A stretch of 1,255 nt of DNA, taken from NCBI GenBank assembly GCA_000004985.1, contig GG739472.1. One strand, written 5' to 3'. The position numbers and the translations under genes are program-made. Shown here piece after piece: positions 1-1,255 of the stretch (position 1 is the first letter of the stretch; each line of letters opens with the position of its first letter). The stretch comes from Naegleria gruberi (Eukaryota). The notes under the pieces are model-generated. The model was not told where the DNA came from, did not search any database, and was given only the letters and a program-made list of their open reading frames with translations.

Positions 1-11
1 TTTCTAAAATT

Positions 12-21
12 TTCGATCGAA
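12..21. repeat. Perfect 10-bp palindrome ttcgatcgaa with a GATC core
   Basis: It equals its own reverse complement. Confidence 0.8.
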
Positions 22-141
22 GGTTTTGCACTAATATTATTTATTTACAATAAACTGGATTAAGAGAATCCTCTGAATCGCAAGTCGGGGTTTTTTGAGG
101 AGCTAAAATTCAAGAAATAATTAAATACGAAATTGTTTGTA

Positions 142-165
142 TGACATTACAATATCATTGTGTCA
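142..165. repeat. Imperfect inverted repeat or hairpin, tgacattacaat-atc-attgtgtca. The stem is about 9 bp with a 2-nt bulge.
   Basis: The right arm's reverse complement is tgacacaat, against the left arm tgacattacaat. Confidence 0.5.
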
Positions 166-210
166 TTTAAATTATTTTTTTCCTTCATTTTTACTCCCCG
201 ATTAAACTTT

Positions 211-311
211 AGGTGCTCAAACAATAGATAATTATTTTTTTATATTGTTATATAATAGGGTTAGATGCTAAGTCAATAACTCTTTTTTGTTTTTTAGGGT
301 AATTTTTTTTT
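211..311. repeat. Tandem repeat copy 1, full length
   Basis: Starts at aggtgctcaa and ends with the T-rich spacer ctcttttttgttttttagggtaattttttttt. Confidence 0.85.
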
Positions 312-413
312 AGATCGTCAAACAATAGATAATTATTTTTTTTTATTAGCGCGGGGTAGGGTTAGATGCTAAGTCAATAATTATTTTATATTTTTTTTTC
401 GGGGTGATTTTTT
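312..413. repeat. Tandem repeat copy 2, full length and diverged. It has agatcgtcaa instead of aggtgctcaa. The AT-only segment atattgttatataatagg is replaced by the GC-rich attagcgcggggtagg.
   Basis: Aligned by eye to copies 1 and 3. The conserved blocks caaacaatagataattattttttt and tagggttagatgctaagtcaataa are retained. Confidence 0.85.
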
Positions 414-473
414 AGGTGCTCAAACAATAGATAATTATTTTTTTATATTGTTATATAATAGGGTTAGATGCTA
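414..473. repeat. Tandem repeat copy 3, truncated after gggttagatgcta
   Basis: It matches copy 1 exactly up to position 473. The sequence then continues as aaccgaaccgat instead of agtcaataa. Confidence 0.85.
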
Positions 474-474
474 A

Positions 475-485
475 ACCGAACCGAT
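475..485 (+). repeat. Left copy of the 11-bp direct repeat accgaaccgat. It sits in the pentamer run aaccg-aaccg.
   Basis: Exact 11-mer shared with 718-728, read directly from the sequence. Confidence 0.8.
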
Positions 486-717
486 TCTCCAGATGTCCGA
501 TTTTTATGCTTTCAAAAGTTACTCGCATGGAAGTAGGTATCTGCGGTACATTATAAATATCTGTTTGATGTAAAATATTGGACCGAAACAAAAAACGGCA
601 GCTACTTTCCACAGGCCATTTTGGAGGGTCTCCCAGGGCCCTACGTGGGGGGGTCCTCGATATGACCATAGACCTCCCCTACAGCATAGGTTTTTTGGGC
701 CTGTTTCCAAAAAAATG
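486..717. other. GC-richer island bounded by the 11-bp direct repeats. Candidate small inserted element (SINE/MITE-like or organellar GC-cluster-like) or a recombination product. It has no terminal inverted repeats.
   Basis: A hand count gives about 44% G+C over 486-717, and about 55% over 601-710, against about 20-25% in the flanks. The tandem array is truncated exactly at its left junction. It contains a G7 run at 647-653, a GGGCCC palindrome at 636-641, and several C-runs. Confidence 0.3.
611..704. other. Inverted-repeat-bounded GC-rich core. acaggcc (611-617) pairs with ggcctgt (698-704). There are internal candidate stems: ggagggtc at 623-630 against gacctcc at 671-677, and ggtcctcgatatgacc at 652-667. 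This is possibly a structured DNA or RNA element.
   Basis: Complementary segments found by inspection. No family is recognised. Confidence 0.25.
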
Positions 718-728
718 ACCGAACCGAT
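718..728 (+). repeat. Right copy of the 11-bp direct repeat accgaaccgat. It sits in the pentamer run gaccg-aaccg-atccg-accc.
   Basis: Exact 11-mer shared with 475-485. Seven of the eight ccga tetramers in the whole window fall between 474 and 735. Confidence 0.8.
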
Positions 729-762
729 CCGACCCTACTACACCAATACAGCTATATATATA

Positions 763-773
763 TGACAGTATTT
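763..773. repeat. Short (TA)n dinucleotide microsatellite, about 5.5 units
   Basis: tatatatatata read directly. Confidence 0.7.
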
Positions 774-895
774 ATATGTTATACAAATCCGGTTTCAAAA
801 ATTCTGCTAGTAGAGTTTGAAAATTCACTTTTTTGGATTATCGAATAAACCTTATTACACTATGGATTAGTCTATACATACATATTAAGTTATTT

Positions 896-903
896 CACTA
901 GTG
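896..903. repeat. Perfect 8-bp palindrome cactagtg. It overlaps a tagtgcg direct doublet at 899-905 and 908-914.
   Basis: Read directly from the sequence. Confidence 0.6.
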
Positions 904-991
904 CGCTTAGTGCGACAAAAGTGATTTGTTGTTAGCGCGGAATTTTAATGCAATATAACAGTTAATATATATACATATTGTAATAAATATA

Positions 992-1005
992 GTATGATAT
1001 CATAC
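992..1005. repeat. Perfect 14-bp palindrome gtatgatatcatac with a GATATC core
   Basis: It equals its own reverse complement. It is embedded in AT-only sequence. Confidence 0.85.
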
Positions 1006-1166
1006 CATATAGCCCGTAAATTTCATAAGTTGCGTTTCCCATCAATCACAATTAAACTGTGTTAAATTGAATATCAGTTCCTTCTAATTCGCAAAGATTG
1101 AAAAATTGAATTTTTGTTTTTATTTCAAATCTGGAAATATATACATATTATACTAATATATAGACC

Positions 1167-1176
1167 ATTGATCAAT
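1167..1176. repeat. Perfect 10-bp palindrome attgatcaat with a GATC core
   Basis: It equals its own reverse complement. Confidence 0.8.
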
Positions 1177-1255
1177 ATTAATAAAATTATTATCTAATTA
1201 ACGCAAAGTAAAAAATCAAATCGAAATTTTTTTTTTCACTTTTGTCGTCTTTCGA

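Larger units (their letters stand above)
208..473. repeat. Tandem repeat array of ~2.6 copies of a ~101-102-bp unit. Unit core: aggtgctcaaacaatagataattattttttt...tagggttagatgctaagtcaataa, followed by a T-rich spacer.
   Basis: Read directly. 208-270 is identical to 411-473 (63/63). The core caaacaatagataattattttttt recurs at 218-241, 319-342 and 421-444. tagggttagatgctaagtcaataa recurs at 256-279 and 357-380. Unit starts are at 211, 312 and 414, giving periods of 101 and 102. Confidence 0.9.

Noticed and set aside
87-96. ggggtttttt looked like the tail of a rho-independent terminator
   Set aside because: No adequate GC-rich stem-loop precedes the T-run. Only a 2-bp cg/cg pairing is possible. 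No upstream ORF ends here.
256-265. Telomere-like tagggttaga and ttagg motifs present in every repeat unit
   Set aside because: They occur as single motif instances inside a 101-bp unit. They are not tandem TTAGGG or TTAGG arrays. There are no further telomeric features, so I treat this as coincidental.
384-394. Exact match to the yeast ARS consensus WTTTAYRTTTW (ttttatatttt), plus 10/11 matches in copies 1 and 3 of the tandem repeat
   Set aside because: In DNA of about 80% AT this 11-mer consensus occurs frequently by chance. The source organism is unknown. There is no supporting B-element or context evidence.
581-599. ccgaaacaaaaaac resembles the CCGAAA-NNN-AAAAA core of a budding-yeast point-centromere CDEIII
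   Set aside because: The left half of CDEIII (tgtttttg.ttt) is absent. There is no CDEI (rtcacrtg) at the right distance. There is no ~80-bp stretch of >90% AT CDEII adjacent. It is a partial match only.
627-635. ggtctccca, the complement of tgggagacc, a 9-mer found in eukaryotic 5S rRNA
   Set aside because: No other 5S block matches in either orientation. There are no A, IE or C box arrangements and no matching length. It is an isolated 9-mer coincidence.
451-669. Minus-strand 72-aa ORF from the six-frame track
   Set aside because: It lies almost entirely within the GC-richer island, where stop codons are rare for compositional reasons. It overlaps a second ORF in another frame on the same strand. 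The peptide is low-complexity and pro/arg/ser-rich with no recognisable motif. There is no convincing ribosome-binding site or start context. I treat it as a compositional artefact.
519-710. Minus-strand 63-aa ORF from the six-frame track
   Set aside because: Same reasoning as the 72-aa ORF. Two mutually overlapping out-of-frame ORFs confined to the only GC-rich patch in an otherwise stop-saturated window is the signature of chance open frames. The translation METGPKNLCCRGGLWSYRGPPHVGPWETL... shows no known domain.
1-1255. Search for tRNA, snoRNA and snRNA genes on both strands: GTTCGANNC T-loop, A/B boxes, C/D boxes
   Set aside because: No B-box-like ggttcgannc or its complement was found. 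The tcgaa occurrences lack the flanking G or C context. No convincing C box (rugauga) plus D box pair was found.

Overview
I cannot support any protein-coding gene or canonical RNA gene in this 1255-bp window. It is an AT-rich, stop-codon-dense, apparently non-coding stretch, about 20-25% G+C by eye outside one island. Three things stand out.

(1) A tandem array of about 2.6 copies of a ~101-bp unit lies at 208-473. Its first and third copies are identical over 63 bp and its middle copy has diverged.

(2) A 232-bp segment at 486-717 is much richer in G+C, about 44% overall and about 55% across 601-710. It is flanked on both sides by the 11-mer accgaaccgat (475-485 and 718-728), which is part of short NNCCG pentamer runs. 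The tandem array is cut off exactly at its left edge. This looks like a small inserted or recombined element with a duplicated target, but that is an inference. The two overlapping minus-strand ORFs from the track lie inside this island; I read them as artefacts of its G+C content, not genes.

(3) Several perfect short palindromes and one imperfect hairpin are scattered through the unique sequence.

I cannot assign the source organism from sequence alone. The composition fits an AT-rich eukaryotic intergenic or heterochromatic region, or an organellar spacer with a GC cluster. I do not see a coherent multi-gene biological system here.
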